The notes: a model not told the origin generated them from the sequence alone. Positions 38,536 through 49,690 are shown, counted from the first letter of the stretch. The stretch is 64,000 nucleotides of DNA from Obrimoposthia wandeli (GCA_977020255.1 CDROCS010001622.1:1-64000), one strand, 5' to 3'. Translations and numbers: made by a program.

Positions 38536-39438
38536 TTAAACTGTTTTTCTTTTAGACCAATACGTTGCTAAAGCCAACCCAGAAAAAATATCCCATATAG
38601 CCCAAAAAGCAACCAATAATGCCATACCACCCAATCCTTCAAAAAAGCTAAAAATGAGGAGTAATCCTAATCCTGAATTTTGGATTCCAGTTTCAATAGA
38701 TAAAGTTTTTTGATTTTTATGAGAGAGTCGCATTGCCTTTGCAAAATAGAATCCTGTTGCCAATGCTAAAATATTGTGAGCAATTACTAGTATAAGTACA
38801 TAGTGTACATAATTTATAAAAATGTCGAAATTTTCATAAAAGGCAATAATTATAAAAAGCATAAAAATAAATAACGAAACTGGTTTTAATATTTTAGAAA
38901 GTTTGGCAGCTAAATTTGCGTTCTTTTTTCTAACCCACATTCCTAGAATTAACGGAATTCCTAATATTAGAGAAACTAATTTTACGAGTTCTAAAGGATT
39001 TAATTCAACTCGTTGTAATATTTCAGCTGTAGGTGCATATAAGTTTCCCCAAAAATGTAAATTAAAAGGAGTCATAACTAACGAAACGAGTGTTGCAAAA
39101 GCAGTTAAACTAACAGATAAAGCCGCATTTCCTTTTGCCATTTGAGTCATAAAATTGGAAATGTTACCACCAGGACAGGCTGCAACCATCATCATTCCCA
39201 ATGCAATGCTCGGCATTGGATTTACCAATTTAATAAAAATAAATGTTACTAACGGAAGCAATATAAATTGTGAAGTAATACCAGTTAAAAGAATTTTAGG
39301 ATTCTTAAATAAATTTTTAAAATCGTTTATAGTTATACCTAGAGCCACACCAAACATAATAAGTGCAAGCGTAATATTTAATACCCAAAGTCCGCCCGTA
39401 TCAAAATTTATTTTAAGTGAATCTAAGTTTTCTTGCAT
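38536..39438 (-). CDS. Bile acid:sodium symporter (BASS) family transporter
   Basis: MFGVAL, QFILLP, ACPGGNISN, ETGIQNSGLG. Confidence 0.92.
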   Translation of the reverse strand: MQENLDSLKINFDTGGLWVLNITLALIMFGVALGITINDFKNLFKNPKILLTGITSQFILLPLVTFIFIKLVNPMPSIALGMMMVAACPGGNISNFMTQMAKGNAALSVSLTAFATLVSLVMTPFNLHFWGNLYAPTAEILQRVELNPLELVKLVSLILGIPLILGMWVRKKNANLAAKLSKILKPVSLFIFMLFIIIAFYENFDIFINYVHYVLILVIAHNILALATGFYFAKAMRLSHKNQKTLSIETGIQNSGLGLLLIFSFFEGLGGMALLVAFWAIWDIFSGLALATYWSKRKTV

Positions 39439-39439
39439 A

Positions 39440-40126
39440 CTAATTTTTAAATGAATACTCTATAATATTAGCACCCATTTTTAGCGCTTGTTCTCTTATT
39501 TCAAAACTGTCATTGTGAATTTCTTCATCTTCCCAACCATCACTTATATCAGCTTCATAATCATAAAAACAAATTAATCTTCCTTGGTAAAATAATCCAA
39601 ATCCTTGTGAAGGTTTATTGTCGTGTTCATGAATTTTTGGCACTCCTTCTTCAAAGTTAAATGATTGATGAAATATAGGATGATTGTATGGTATTTCTTT
39701 AAACGCAAGTTTAGGAAAAACTTTTTTTAATTCTCTTCTAATATACTTATCCAAACCATAATTATCAGAAATATGTAAAAATCCCCCTGAAATAAGATAA
39801 TCTCTTAAGTTTTGAGTTTCATCATTTGAAAATAATACATTTCCGTGCCCCGTCATAAATACAATTGGGTAGTTGTAAATATCAATATTTCCAACTTCAA
39901 CTGTTTCTGGATTTGGTTTTATGGACGTGTTTATTTCACTGTTGGAAAACTTTATTAAGTTTGGTAATGCTGTTGGATTTGCATACCAATCTCCACCACC
40001 ATTATATTTTAAAATAGCAATTTGTTGTGCTTGTATAGAATTTGAAAATGAAAAAATAAAGATGAAGCCAAACATAATTATGTTTAGCTTTTGTTTAAAT
40101 AAATGTAAATACTGAATTTGGTTCAT
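39440..40126 (-). CDS. DUF4159 domain-containing exported protein
   Basis: YNGGGDWYANP, FMTGHG, GGFLHISDNYG, IHEHD, DISDGWE. Confidence 0.88.
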   Translation of the reverse strand: MNQIQYLHLFKQKLNIIMFGFIFIFSFSNSIQAQQIAILKYNGGGDWYANPTALPNLIKFSNSEINTSIKPNPETVEVGNIDIYNYPIVFMTGHGNVLFSNDETQNLRDYLISGGFLHISDNYGLDKYIRRELKKVFPKLAFKEIPYNHPIFHQSFNFEEGVPKIHEHDNKPSQGFGLFYQGRLICFYDYEADISDGWEDEEIHNDSFEIREQALKMGANIIEYSFKN

Positions 40127-40131
40127 TAAAA

Positions 40132-40839
40132 TTATTCATTTACAAAAGCCACACTATGAGCAGCTACAACACCTGCTGTTTCAGTTCTTAATCGGCTTGT
40201 TCCCAAAGATACAGGAATAAAGTTATGTTCCAAACTTTGCTCAATTTCTTTGGTTGAGAAGTCTCCTTCAGGTCCAATAAGAATAGTTGTGTTTTTAACT
40301 TGTTTTAATTCAGATTTTAAAGATTTTTTATCCGTTTCTTCACAATGAGCAATAAATAATTGTCCTTCAAAATTAGATTGTATAAATTCTTTAAAAGTTC
40401 TAGGTTCATTTAATTTTGGAAAATGATATTTTAAAGATTGCTTAGCTGCTGAATGGATTATTTTTTCCAATCGTTCCATTTTTATGGTTTTTCTTTCAGA
40501 ATGGTCACAAATTATGGGTGAAATTTCATCAACTCCAATTTCGGTAGCTTTTTCTAAAAACCATTCAAAACGATCGTTTAATTTTGTTGGCGCAATTGCA
40601 ATGTGTACATAATAATTCCAAGATTTTTTAAAAGTAGAAACTTCAATTATTTGCACTAAACATCTTTTGTCATTGGCATTAATAATTTCAGAAGTAAATA
40701 ATTCTCCATTACCATTTGTGATAAAAATTTTATCACTTTCACTTTTTCTTAGTACACGAACAATATGTCTACTTTCGGTTTTATCAAAAGTAACTTGTGT
40801 TGTAGTAGTTGTTATTTCAGGATTGTAAAATAATTGCAT
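40132..40839 (-). CDS. rsmE: 16S rRNA (uracil-1498-N3) methyltransferase
   Basis: HIVRVLR, EWFLEKATEIGV, LIGPEGDF, LGTSRLRTETA. Confidence 0.96.
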   Translation of the reverse strand: MQLFYNPEITTTTTQVTFDKTESRHIVRVLRKSESDKIFITNGNGELFTSEIINANDKRCLVQIIEVSTFKKSWNYYVHIAIAPTKLNDRFEWFLEKATEIGVDEISPIICDHSERKTIKMERLEKIIHSAAKQSLKYHFPKLNEPRTFKEFIQSNFEGQLFIAHCEETDKKSLKSELKQVKNTTILIGPEGDFSTKEIEQSLEHNFIPVSLGTSRLRTETAGVVAAHSVAFVNE

Positions 40840-41948
40840 TTAAATATCTTTTCTATAGGTACAACGTTTTTTATGATTTACTGGTGCAAAGTTTTTCCAA
40901 ACAGCTGCAATTTTTGTATTTGTTACAAGTTCTGGAGTTCTAATACAATCTTCAATTCCTCTTTTTGCAAGTGATTTTTGAAATTCTAAAAAGAGTAATG
41001 CATGTACTCCTTTACTTTGGTATTTGGGATCTACACCTATTAAATAAGTAATAACAACTTTACTTTCTTTTCTAGCTTTTAACAAATGAAATAATCCAAA
41101 TGGTAAAAGTTTCCCTTTGGCTTTTTGTAAAGCTTTTGAGAATGATGGCATTGTAATGGCAAAAGCAATCATATTATTATCTTTATCCATTACAAATTTG
41201 ATGTTCTGATCATTAAAAGAAATGCATTTTTCAAAATAATCCTCGTCATTGAAATAGGTACAAACGAAGGCAATTCAGCATAACTTGTATTAAACAAATC
41301 AAACATTTTGTCTACGTAAGGCATTATGTCTTTTGTCTTTGTAAAATTAAGCGATGTTAATTGGTAACGTTTTTTTAAAACGGTACTAATACGTTCTAAA
41401 GGTTCGCGGATTACATTTTTAAAAGGAAATTTATTTTCTAGGTATTCTTTCTCAACTTTAAAATTTAGTTTCTCAAAATGATCCTTATAATAAGGGTGGT
41501 TGTACCAAGTTATCATAGTTCCAATATGATTAAAACCAGAGGTTAAAACACCAACTTTGTCTAGGTTTGAAAAGCCAACAGGACCTTCCATAAATTCTAA
41601 ATTGTTTTGAGTTCCAATTTCTTCAACTTTTGCAAGAAGCATTTTTGAAACTTCTAGATCATCTATAAAATCAAACCACCCAAAACGCATTTTGTTTAGT
41701 TTTTGTTCATTGATTTCTGTAAAATTTATAATGGCTGCAACTCTACCAACAATTTTTTTGTTTTTAAGAGCTACAAAAAAACGCGCTTTTGCGTGTTTAA
41801 AAACAGGATTTATATTTTTATTAAATGATTCAATTTCATCATTAATAATAGGAGGAACCCAGTATTTGTTATTTTTATATAGTTGAAAAGGAAACTTTAC
41901 AAAAGCTTTCATTTCCTTTTTAGTTGTCATTTCTTGAAGTGTAATCAT
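40840..41948 (-). pseudogene. GNAT-like (YghO-type) protein split into 41190-41948 and 40840-41190 by a frameshift near 41250 (pseudogene or assembly error)
   Basis: Both halves carry consecutive parts of one family (WVPP, GRVAA, RFGWFD, GPVGFS; then AFAITMPS, LLPFG, LIGV). The downstream frame is open from about 41270 and reads NDEDYFEKCISFNDQNIKFV into MDKD. Confidence 0.7.
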
Positions 41949-41957
41949 ATACTTTTA

Positions 41958-42900
41958 TTATCCCTTTTTAAATATTCTTGAAAAGAAATTACCTCGTTTT
42001 CTTCTTTTACGTTTCTTTGATATTTGAGCTCTAGGTGAGCTTTTTTGAATTACTTCATCGGAATGTTTATCCAATCTCCAAGCAACTCCAACTGCTGTAT
42101 AAAGAAATGAATATTCATCAAAAAAGTTTGTTCTAACGGAAGCGTCAAACTGTAAATTGTTAGAATATAAATATGCCAATCCTGTTCCAAAATTAAATTT
42201 TGGAGCAAAACCTTTTTCAAAAATTCCTTGATTTTCAATAAAAAATGACCAATTGTAATTTATAGCATAGGTCATTGTTGCTATATAAGAATATTCATTT
42301 GAGTCGGATAAGATTTTATCAGCAATTAAATTTGTTAGTAAAACCAATCTGTTTGAAAACTATTTTTGAAGTGAATATTAAAGTCTTTTAAACTTAATTC
42401 ATCTTTTCATATTCCTTCCTTAAAGTCAGCTGCGGGCTCCAAACATAAACTCCTACAGATGGAATAAACCTTTTTTTATCAAAAGCCATTCTTCGTTTCC
42501 AACTTCTAATTTCTTTAGATTTATCAGTATATTTTTGTTCATAAACCAAATATTTAGCACCAATTGTAAGCGCACTAATTCCGCTTGTTCTGTAATTAGG
42601 TCCAAATGGGTTTCTAATTTCATCACTTTGATAGGCAACTTTCGCATTTACTTCTAGTTTTTCAAAAAACTTACCGTATCTAAAAAATAATTCTCCACCT
42701 ATTGTATTTGGTTTTGCTAAAAAAGATTCATTATTTGTAGACCTGTAAAACAAGCCAGATTCAAACTGAAAAACATCAGTACCAACACTATAAGGACTTT
42801 CAGAAAAACCAGGTCTCTTAGAATTAATAATTTCAGTGTATTGCGCATTTATAGTTTGCACAAAAACCAAAAGAATTAAAAGGTGAAAAATTCTTTTCAT
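41958..42900 (-). pseudogene. Outer-membrane transporter-like beta-barrel (MetA-pathway/CoxB-like) split into 42394-42900 and 41958-42347
   Basis: N-half INSKRPGFSESPYSVG...IPSVGVY; C-half LVLLTNLIADK...QFDAS...GVAWRLD. The junction contains stops in the relevant frames (ctt caa aaa tag ttt tca aac aga). Confidence 0.65.
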
Positions 42901-43001
42901 AGATTAATTAGATTATGGTTCAAATATAAGATTTTATATAATTAAACGTTTTAGTTACTACCAAATTGTTATTTTTGAAAATTATATAAAAACAATAGTA
43001 A

Positions 43002-43262
43002 ATGGGCTTGTTAAGAACAATAGCTATTTTGGTTATTATTTATTATGTTTTCAAGTTTTTTAGCAGATATATTGCTCCAATATTCTTAAAAAAAGTGATG
43101 AAGAATGTTGAAAAGAAAATGAGAGAACAACAACAATATCAACAACCAAAAAATAGTGGTGCTAAAGTAGGAGAAACGGTTATAGAAAAGAAACCAACAA
43201 ATACAAAGCAAGGAAAAAATGATGTGGGTGATTATGTCGATTATGAAGAAGTAAACGATTAA
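43002..43262 (+). CDS. DUF4834 family protein
   Basis: N-terminal TM, Q-rich linker, C-terminal VGDYVDYEEV; TATTTTTG -7 box at 42970-42977. Confidence 0.85.
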   Translation: MGLLRTIAILVIIYYVFKFFSRYIAPIFLKKVMKNVEKKMREQQQYQQPKNSGAKVGETVIEKKPTNTKQGKNDVGDYVDYEEVND

Positions 43263-43269
43263 ACTTTTT

Positions 43270-45699
43270 ATGAAAATTATAGTAGGCAAAATTGCGCCAT
43301 ATGCACTGGCAATTGTGGCATTTGTAATAATTTCTTTGGCATATTTTTCTCCGGTTTTGGAAGGGAAGAAAATATTTCAGAATGATATAAAGCATTTTAC
43401 CGGAATGGCTAAAGAAGTTAACGACTTTAGACAACAAAATGATGAAGCTGAACCATATTGGACCAACTCAGCATTTGGAGGAATGCCAACCTATACCCCT
43501 AAGTGCAAAATACAAATAACATTAAAAACAGATAGTTTGAGCTGGGTGGTTTCTTTGCCGAGATCAAAGAGATTATTTCATATTGTTTCTATATTTTTTA
43601 AGTTTCTTTATATTGCTTTCTGTTTTAAAGGTAGAGTATAAACTAGCAATATTAGGAGCACTCCTGCCTTGGGCTTTCTACTAATATATAATTATAGAAA
43701 GTGGGGGCACAATGCAAAAGTTAATAATTTTAATGTATTAATTTTGTTTGCAGGAATATTAATGGTATTACAACGAAAATATTTGTTGGGATTTGTACTT
43801 ACAGCAATTGCTATGGGGTTAGAAATAAATGCAGGGCACCCTCAAATGACGTACTATTTACTATTTACAGTACTTATTTTAGGTGTTGTATATTTAGTTG
43901 ATGCATTTAAAGAAAAGCAATTACCTTCTTTTATTAAAAGTATTGGGATTTTAGTTGTGGCTGTTATATTGGCTGTAGGTGTTAATGCAACAAGTTTATT
44001 GGCTACAAAAGAATATGTTAGTTATAGTACAAGAGGTAAAAGTGAATTAACCATAAATCCTGATGGAACTCCAAAAGAAGCTTCAAACGGATTATCAAAA
44101 GATTATATTACTACTTATAGTTACGGAATTCCTGAAACTTTTAATTTAATGATTCCACGCTTTATGGGTGGTGGAAATTATGAAAATGTTGGATATGATT
44201 CGAATATTTATAATTTTTTAAAGGATAAAACAGATCCAAGACAAGCAAAACAATTTGCTAAAAATGCACCAATGTATTGGGGTAAACAACCAATTGTTGA
44301 AGCACCGGCTTATGTTGGAGCTATTTTAGTGTTTTTATTTATGCTTGGAATTTTTCTGGTAAAAGGACGATTAAAAAAATGGTTGGTAGGTGCAGTAATA
44401 TTTTCTATTCTATTAAGTTGGGGGAAAAACTTAAGTTTTTTAACAAACTTTTTTATTGATTATGTACCAATGTATAATAAGTTTAGAGCAGTTTCATCTA
44501 TTCAGGTAATTGCAGAATTGGCGATTCCATTATTAGGAATATTAGCTTTAAAAGAATTGTTTTCAAAGGAAAACACTACAGAAAGTAAATTACATTCTTT
44601 AAAAATGTCTTTTTATATAATTGGTGGACTAGCTTTAATATTTACGTTATTTGGTTCAAGTCTTTTTGCTTTTGAAGGATTAAGAGATGCCAATTATGAT
44701 AAAATGTTACCTGGTTTTTTAGATGCTATTATTGCAGATAGAAAAGCTGTTTTCTTTGCAGATAGTTTAAAAGCATTTATTTTTATAAGTGTATCAGCCG
44801 GAGTTTTATGGTTATTTATAAAAGATAAGTTGAAACAAAATATTGTAATAGTAGCTTTAGGAGCTTTAATATTAATCGATTTAGTTTCTGTTGATAGACG
44901 TTATGTTAATAATGAAGATTTTTTAAGTGCTAAAAAAGTTGACAAACCTTTTGTTGCTTCTGAAGTTGATAAAGAAATTTTAAAAGATAATAGTTATTAT
45001 AGAGTTGCAAATTTTGTAGGTGATCCTATGAATGATGGAGGAACATCTTATTTTCATAAATCAATTGGTGGTTATCACGCAGCTAAATTGGGTAAATACC
45101 AAGAGCTATTCGATTTTCAAATTTCAAAAAATAACATAGAAGTATTAAATATGTTAAATACAAAGTATTTTGTATTTGAAGATGGAAGTCAAAGGGAAGC
45201 CGTACAACAAAATCCTGATGCAAATGGAAACGTTTGGTTTGTGAATACTGTTAAAGTAGTAGATAATGCTAATGAAGAATTGATGTCTTTAGATAGTTTA
45301 AAAACAAAAAGTGTTGCAGTAATTAAATCTAATCTTGTTTCAAGTGATTTTAAAACTCAGTATAGCCAAGATTCTTTAGCTTCTATTGAATTAATAAATT
45401 ATAAAACCAATGCCTTAACATATAAGTCGTCAACAGCTACAAACCAATTTGCAATTTTTTCTGAAATTTATTATAAAAATGGATGGAATGCTTATGTAGA
45501 TGGTGTTTTAAAACCGCACTACAATGTAAACTATGTGTTGAGAGGATTGGAAATTCCTAAGGGAAAACATACAATTGAATTTAAGTTTGAGCCAACTGTT
45601 ATAAAAACAGGAAACACTATTACGTTAATTTCGTACGTGTTTTTACTGCTTATTCCTTTTGGTTGGTTTTTCTATGAAAAAAAGAAAAAAACTAATTAA
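43270..45699 (+). pseudogene. YfhO family GT-C membrane protein broken by several indels at about 43495-43745 (fragments 43270-43641 and 43669-45699)
   Basis: WTNSAFGGMPTY, then YfhO-like text hopping between frames (SAKY; DYFILFLYFLSFFILLSVLKVEYKLAILGAL; GHNAK), then intact GHPQMTYY, YWGKQP, GGYHAAKL, YYKNGW. Confidence 0.75.
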
Positions 45700-46447
45700 T
45701 AGAATAATTCATCAATTTTAAAACTTTTAAAAAGCTAGATTTATTTCTAGTAGAAACTAATAATTTCTGATTGTTTGAAAGTTTTATTTCACCTGAATTA
45801 TTATAGTGTGTTATGTGTTTTAGATTTAATAAAATAGATCTATGAATTCTAAAAAAAGTAGTGTGTTGTAATATGTTTTCAACTTTTTTTAAATTGTTTG
45901 ATGTTATATAAGTTTTGTTATCTTTAGTAAAGAAGTGGGTGTAACTTCCATCAGCTTCACAGTACATTATATCATCAATATCTATAATATGAAAATCTCC
46001 ATTTTTCATTGGTAAAGAGATTTTTTTGTTCTGATTTTCTATTTGATTTTTAAATACAGAATACTTTTCATTATTAAATGCAGATTGCTTAGATAAAAAT
46101 TTATCAATAACTGTAATTAGTTGTTCTTCAATAATGGGTTTGTTTAAATAGTAAAAAGCAAAATAATCCATTGCTTTTTCCTTGTAATCTCTCAATCCTG
46201 TTGTGAAAATTACTTCAAAAGTTGATGAATTAGAAAAATAATCTAATATTTCAAAACCGTTACCATCGTTTAGTTCAATATCTAAAAATACGAGTTGAGG
46301 TTTAGACTCATTAATTAATTTAATACCGTGTTCTACACTAGTTTCGTGACCAATTATTTTAATTTTATCACTGTAATTACTTTGAATAATATTTTTTAAA
46401 TGAGTGAAGGCAGCTAATTCGTCTTCAATAATAATCGCGTTAATCAT
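45692..46447 (-). CDS. LytTR family response regulator
   Basis: IIIEDE, VFLDIEL phospho-Asp, FTTG, YLNKP; C-terminal EADGSYT, FFRIHRSILLN. Confidence 0.93.
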   Translation of the reverse strand: MINAIIIEDELAAFTHLKNIIQSNYSDKIKIIGHETSVEHGIKLINESKPQLVFLDIELNDGNGFEILDYFSNSSTFEVIFTTGLRDYKEKAMDYFAFYYLNKPIIEEQLITVIDKFLSKQSAFNNEKYSVFKNQIENQNKKISLPMKNGDFHIIDIDDIMYCEADGSYTHFFTKDNKTYITSNNLKKVENILQHTTFFRIHRSILLNLKHITHYNNSGEIKLSNNQKLLVSTRNKSSFLKVLKLMNYSIN

Positions 46448-46462
46448 ATTGGTTGGGCATTT

Positions 46463-49381
46463 TTAAAAACTAATCAATGGTATTTTTAAGGTTACTTTTA
46501 ATCCTATTAATGTATTAAAATCATCTACAATATTAGAAATAATAACAAGATCTTCATTTTTATTTGATTCATTAATCAGTTGCAGTCTTTCGTTAATATT
46601 GTCAAAAGAAATTCCAGAACTTGTTGGCTTAATTTCCTTAGTATTATTCAATCCAATTCCATTATCAGAAATTTCACAAATTAAATACTCGTCATTAGCA
46701 ATATTAAATTCAACATAAATATTATTTGGCTTATTGTCTTTTTTAAAGCCGTGTTTAAATGAATTTTCTATTATTGGCTGCAATATCATTGGTGGAACAT
46801 ATATTGAATCCAAATCATCTAAGGCAAGCTTTGAAGTGTTTATTTCAAATGATATATTTTGATTAAATCGTAATTTCTGTAATTCTAAATACAATTTAGC
46901 CATTTCAATTTCTTGGCTTAGATTTATTAAATTAGACTTGGTTGCATCTAATATTAGGTTTACCAAACCAGCAAATTTATCTAAGCTTCCTTTTACTTCA
47001 TTAATTTCTCCTTTTTCAACCAATCCATTTATATTTACGAGAAGATTGTTTATAAAATGAGGATTCATTTGAGCGTTTAAAGCTTTGTATTTAAGGTTTA
47101 AAATTTGTTCTTTAGTTTTTAACTTTCTATTTAATTTTATATTATGAGAATAGAATAAATAAGAGATAATTGTAATTAAAATTAATAAGCAAATAGCGGT
47201 AAACCACCATGTATTATAAAATGGAGGTTTTATGGTAAATGAAAACAATTTAGGAACACTTTCTAAATTGTTTTTTGAGATGGCTTTTAATTCAAAAGTA
47301 TAGCTGTTTGGTGGTAATGCAGAATACCTAACGGAATTTACTTTTGTAGATATCCAGTCGGTTTCTAAACCTTGTAATCGATAATTAAATGTGATATTTC
47401 CTAAACTTTTAAATGAAATTCCTGAAAAATTAAACTGTACATTATTTTTTCTATTATCAAATTTTTGACCATTTGTTAGCTCAATTATTGAATTGTTTAT
47501 AAGTACCTCATTTAGATGAATTGAAGGAGGTGAAATTGAGGTAACTTCATTTGAAAGGTTTATCATGTTTAAACCTTTTGAAGTAGCAACATACACCATG
47601 TTTTCTTGTACATAGCAAGCTCTTACATCATTACTATAAAGGCCATCAGAAATAGTATAACTTTTAATTTCCTCAATTTTATTTTCATCATTAATAGTTA
47701 AACAGTTTAAGCCAAAATTAGTTGAAAGCCATATTCTGTTTTTAGAATCAATATGAATAGATTTAATATAATTACTTAATAAACCATTAAGTTTTGAAAG
47801 AATAGTTAGTTTTTTTTTGTTTAAAATACCTAAGCCATAAGCATTAGAACCTATTAAAAGTCCTTTATTAAATGGTTTTAAGGAATAGATTATACTGTTG
47901 TTAAATTGCTCATTTAAATCAAATTTAATAATAGTATCTTTCTTATGAAGGTAAAGACCTGAAGTTGTACCAATCCATAAACTATCATTTGTATGTAATA
48001 TTGCCGAACTTCTTTTATTCCAAATTTTTTCTGCAATGTTTGTTTTTTTATTAATTTTCCCAATACCATTGGCATTCGCAGTAAAAATATAGTTGTTTGA
48101 AATAGAAAGGTCTTTAAAACTTTTTAAATCTGAATTAAATAATTCAGCTTTAAACATGTATTTTTGATTTTTAAGTTTTAAATTTGGAGTTAATTTATTG
48201 AGATTATAATCACTTAAAACATATAAGTCACCACCTTGTTTTTTTAATTGACGAATTCTTTTTGGATGTGGAAAAACTTTAAAAGTATTAGCAGGTTTTA
48301 GATTTTTTTTATTTAGAACAATAATTTCACTTTGTTCATTTCCTACAATTATTTTATTCTGAAAAATAGTTACAGTATATAAATCATTTTTTGTTTTATC
48401 ATCAAATTGAATTCCGTGAATGTGTTGATTAGGAAATAAAAATACCCCATCAGATTGACTTCCTATCCAAATATTTTTTTCTGAATCTATATATGCTCGT
48501 GTTGATCTAACACTTTTTAATGTTGCTTTAGGTGTACAATAATTATCGGATTTGTAAAAAATTAAAATTCCTTCATTAATATTGGTAATCCAGTAATTTT
48601 TATCCGTTTTATACGATTTTGCTATAAAATCATTTTTACTGCTTGAAAAATAATTGGATAAATTTTGATGATCAACATTTTTACTACGTAATAAAAAACT
48701 TAAATTTTTGTTTAATTTATTTACTGAAGATTCAAGATAGTTATTAGGCTCATAAGCTATCCAATCACTTAATGTTGTATTAGAGTCAATTGTTTTTGAA
48801 ACTATAGATACTTTATTATTACGTTTTTTATAAGTTAAAATACAAACTTCATTTTTTTTATTTTCAACGATAAAGGAAGCAAAATTAGATGTTGATTTTT
48901 CAAAACTATATGTATCTACTGTTCCATTTTTTCTAAGGACTTTAATATTCTTCAAATTTTGACAAAACCAAATATCTCCATTTGAATGCTCTAAAAAATC
49001 ACTAATATGTGATGAGAAATATAGCTTGGATAAAACAGGGCTATTTTTTCTATTAAATATTTCACCATCTTTTATATAGCCAATGTTTCCGTTAAAAGAA
49101 GTAACCCAAATTCGACCTTTAGAATCTTTATAAAAATTAAGAATTTCATTACCAGGAAGTCCGTCATTTACGGTGTAGTTTTTAAACGTAAGTCCATCAA
49201 ACTTACTAATACCATAATCTGTTGCAAACCACATAAAGCCATTTTCATCTTGAACAGAGTCATAAATGGTATTACTAGCCAAGCCATTATTTGTTGTAAA
49301 CTGAGTTACCCCAGGGATTTGGGCAAATAAACTAGTTTGAATTAGCAAACATATAATTAAAAAATGAACAATTTTATTCAT
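46463..49381 (-). CDS. LytS-type sensor histidine kinase with periplasmic beta-propeller (Reg_prop) and YYY domains
   Basis: GLASNTI/GLPGNEI/GLLSNYI/GLYSNDV propeller repeats, YRLQG...YTFEL, TM WWF, AQMNPHFINN, QPIIENSFKHG, DNGIG. Confidence 0.92.
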   Translation of the reverse strand: MNKIVHFLIICLLIQTSLFAQIPGVTQFTTNNGLASNTIYDSVQDENGFMWFATDYGISKFDGLTFKNYTVNDGLPGNEILNFYKDSKGRIWVTSFNGNIGYIKDGEIFNRKNSPVLSKLYFSSHISDFLEHSNGDIWFCQNLKNIKVLRKNGTVDTYSFEKSTSNFASFIVENKKNEVCILTYKKRNNKVSIVSKTIDSNTTLSDWIAYEPNNYLESSVNKLNKNLSFLLRSKNVDHQNLSNYFSSSKNDFIAKSYKTDKNYWITNINEGILIFYKSDNYCTPKATLKSVRSTRAYIDSEKNIWIGSQSDGVFLFPNQHIHGIQFDDKTKNDLYTVTIFQNKIIVGNEQSEIIVLNKKNLKPANTFKVFPHPKRIRQLKKQGGDLYVLSDYNLNKLTPNLKLKNQKYMFKAELFNSDLKSFKDLSISNNYIFTANANGIGKINKKTNIAEKIWNKRSSAILHTNDSLWIGTTSGLYLHKKDTIIKFDLNEQFNNSIIYSLKPFNKGLLIGSNAYGLGILNKKKLTILSKLNGLLSNYIKSIHIDSKNRIWLSTNFGLNCLTINDENKIEEIKSYTISDGLYSNDVRACYVQENMVYVATSKGLNMINLSNEVTSISPPSIHLNEVLINNSIIELTNGQKFDNRKNNVQFNFSGISFKSLGNITFNYRLQGLETDWISTKVNSVRYSALPPNSYTFELKAISKNNLESVPKLFSFTIKPPFYNTWWFTAICLLILITIISYLFYSHNIKLNRKLKTKEQILNLKYKALNAQMNPHFINNLLVNINGLVEKGEINEVKGSLDKFAGLVNLILDATKSNLINLSQEIEMAKLYLELQKLRFNQNISFEINTSKLALDDLDSIYVPPMILQPIIENSFKHGFKKDNKPNNIYVEFNIANDEYLICEISDNGIGLNNTKEIKPTSSGISFDNINERLQLINESNKNEDLVIISNIVDDFNTLIGLKVTLKIPLISF

Positions 49382-49410
49382 TAAAAATTAAAATATATCT
49401 ATCAAATATA

Positions 49411-49462
49411 ACGCTTATGAATTTAAAATCAGCGTTTATAAATGAAAGATGCACGCTTATAA
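49411..49462 (+). repeat. Three direct repeats at 21-bp period: probable LytTR binding site
   Basis: ACGCTTATGA (49411), GCGTTTATAA (49432), ACGCTTATAA (49453), adjacent to the kinase -7 box (49403-49410, minus strand). Confidence 0.75.
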
Positions 49463-49560
49463 ATAATAGGTTTTAAAAGAGGTTAGATGATTGTATATTC
49501 GCTTTAGTTAAAAAACTAGAGGAAAATTTTTTGGAAAGATAATAATACTATGGAAAAAGG

Positions 49561-49592
49561 AAAAAGGTGTTTGTTAAAAACGCCTTTTTTTT
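49561..49592 (+). terminator. Intrinsic terminator with no full gene upstream
   Basis: AAAAAGGTGTTT-loop-AAACGCCTTTTT plus extra T residues. Confidence 0.7.
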
Positions 49593-49690
49593 GTGCTCAA
49601 TTTTAGGGTTGAAATGAAACCTTATTAAGTTGATTTTATATAATTTAATCCATATCTTGCTACATTAAACATCATTTATTTAACTATCTA

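Noticed and set aside
41240-41260. Programmed ribosomal frameshift joining the two GNAT-like halves
   Set aside because: No convincing slippery heptamer plus structure at the junction, and two neighbouring genes are also broken, which points to errors or decay
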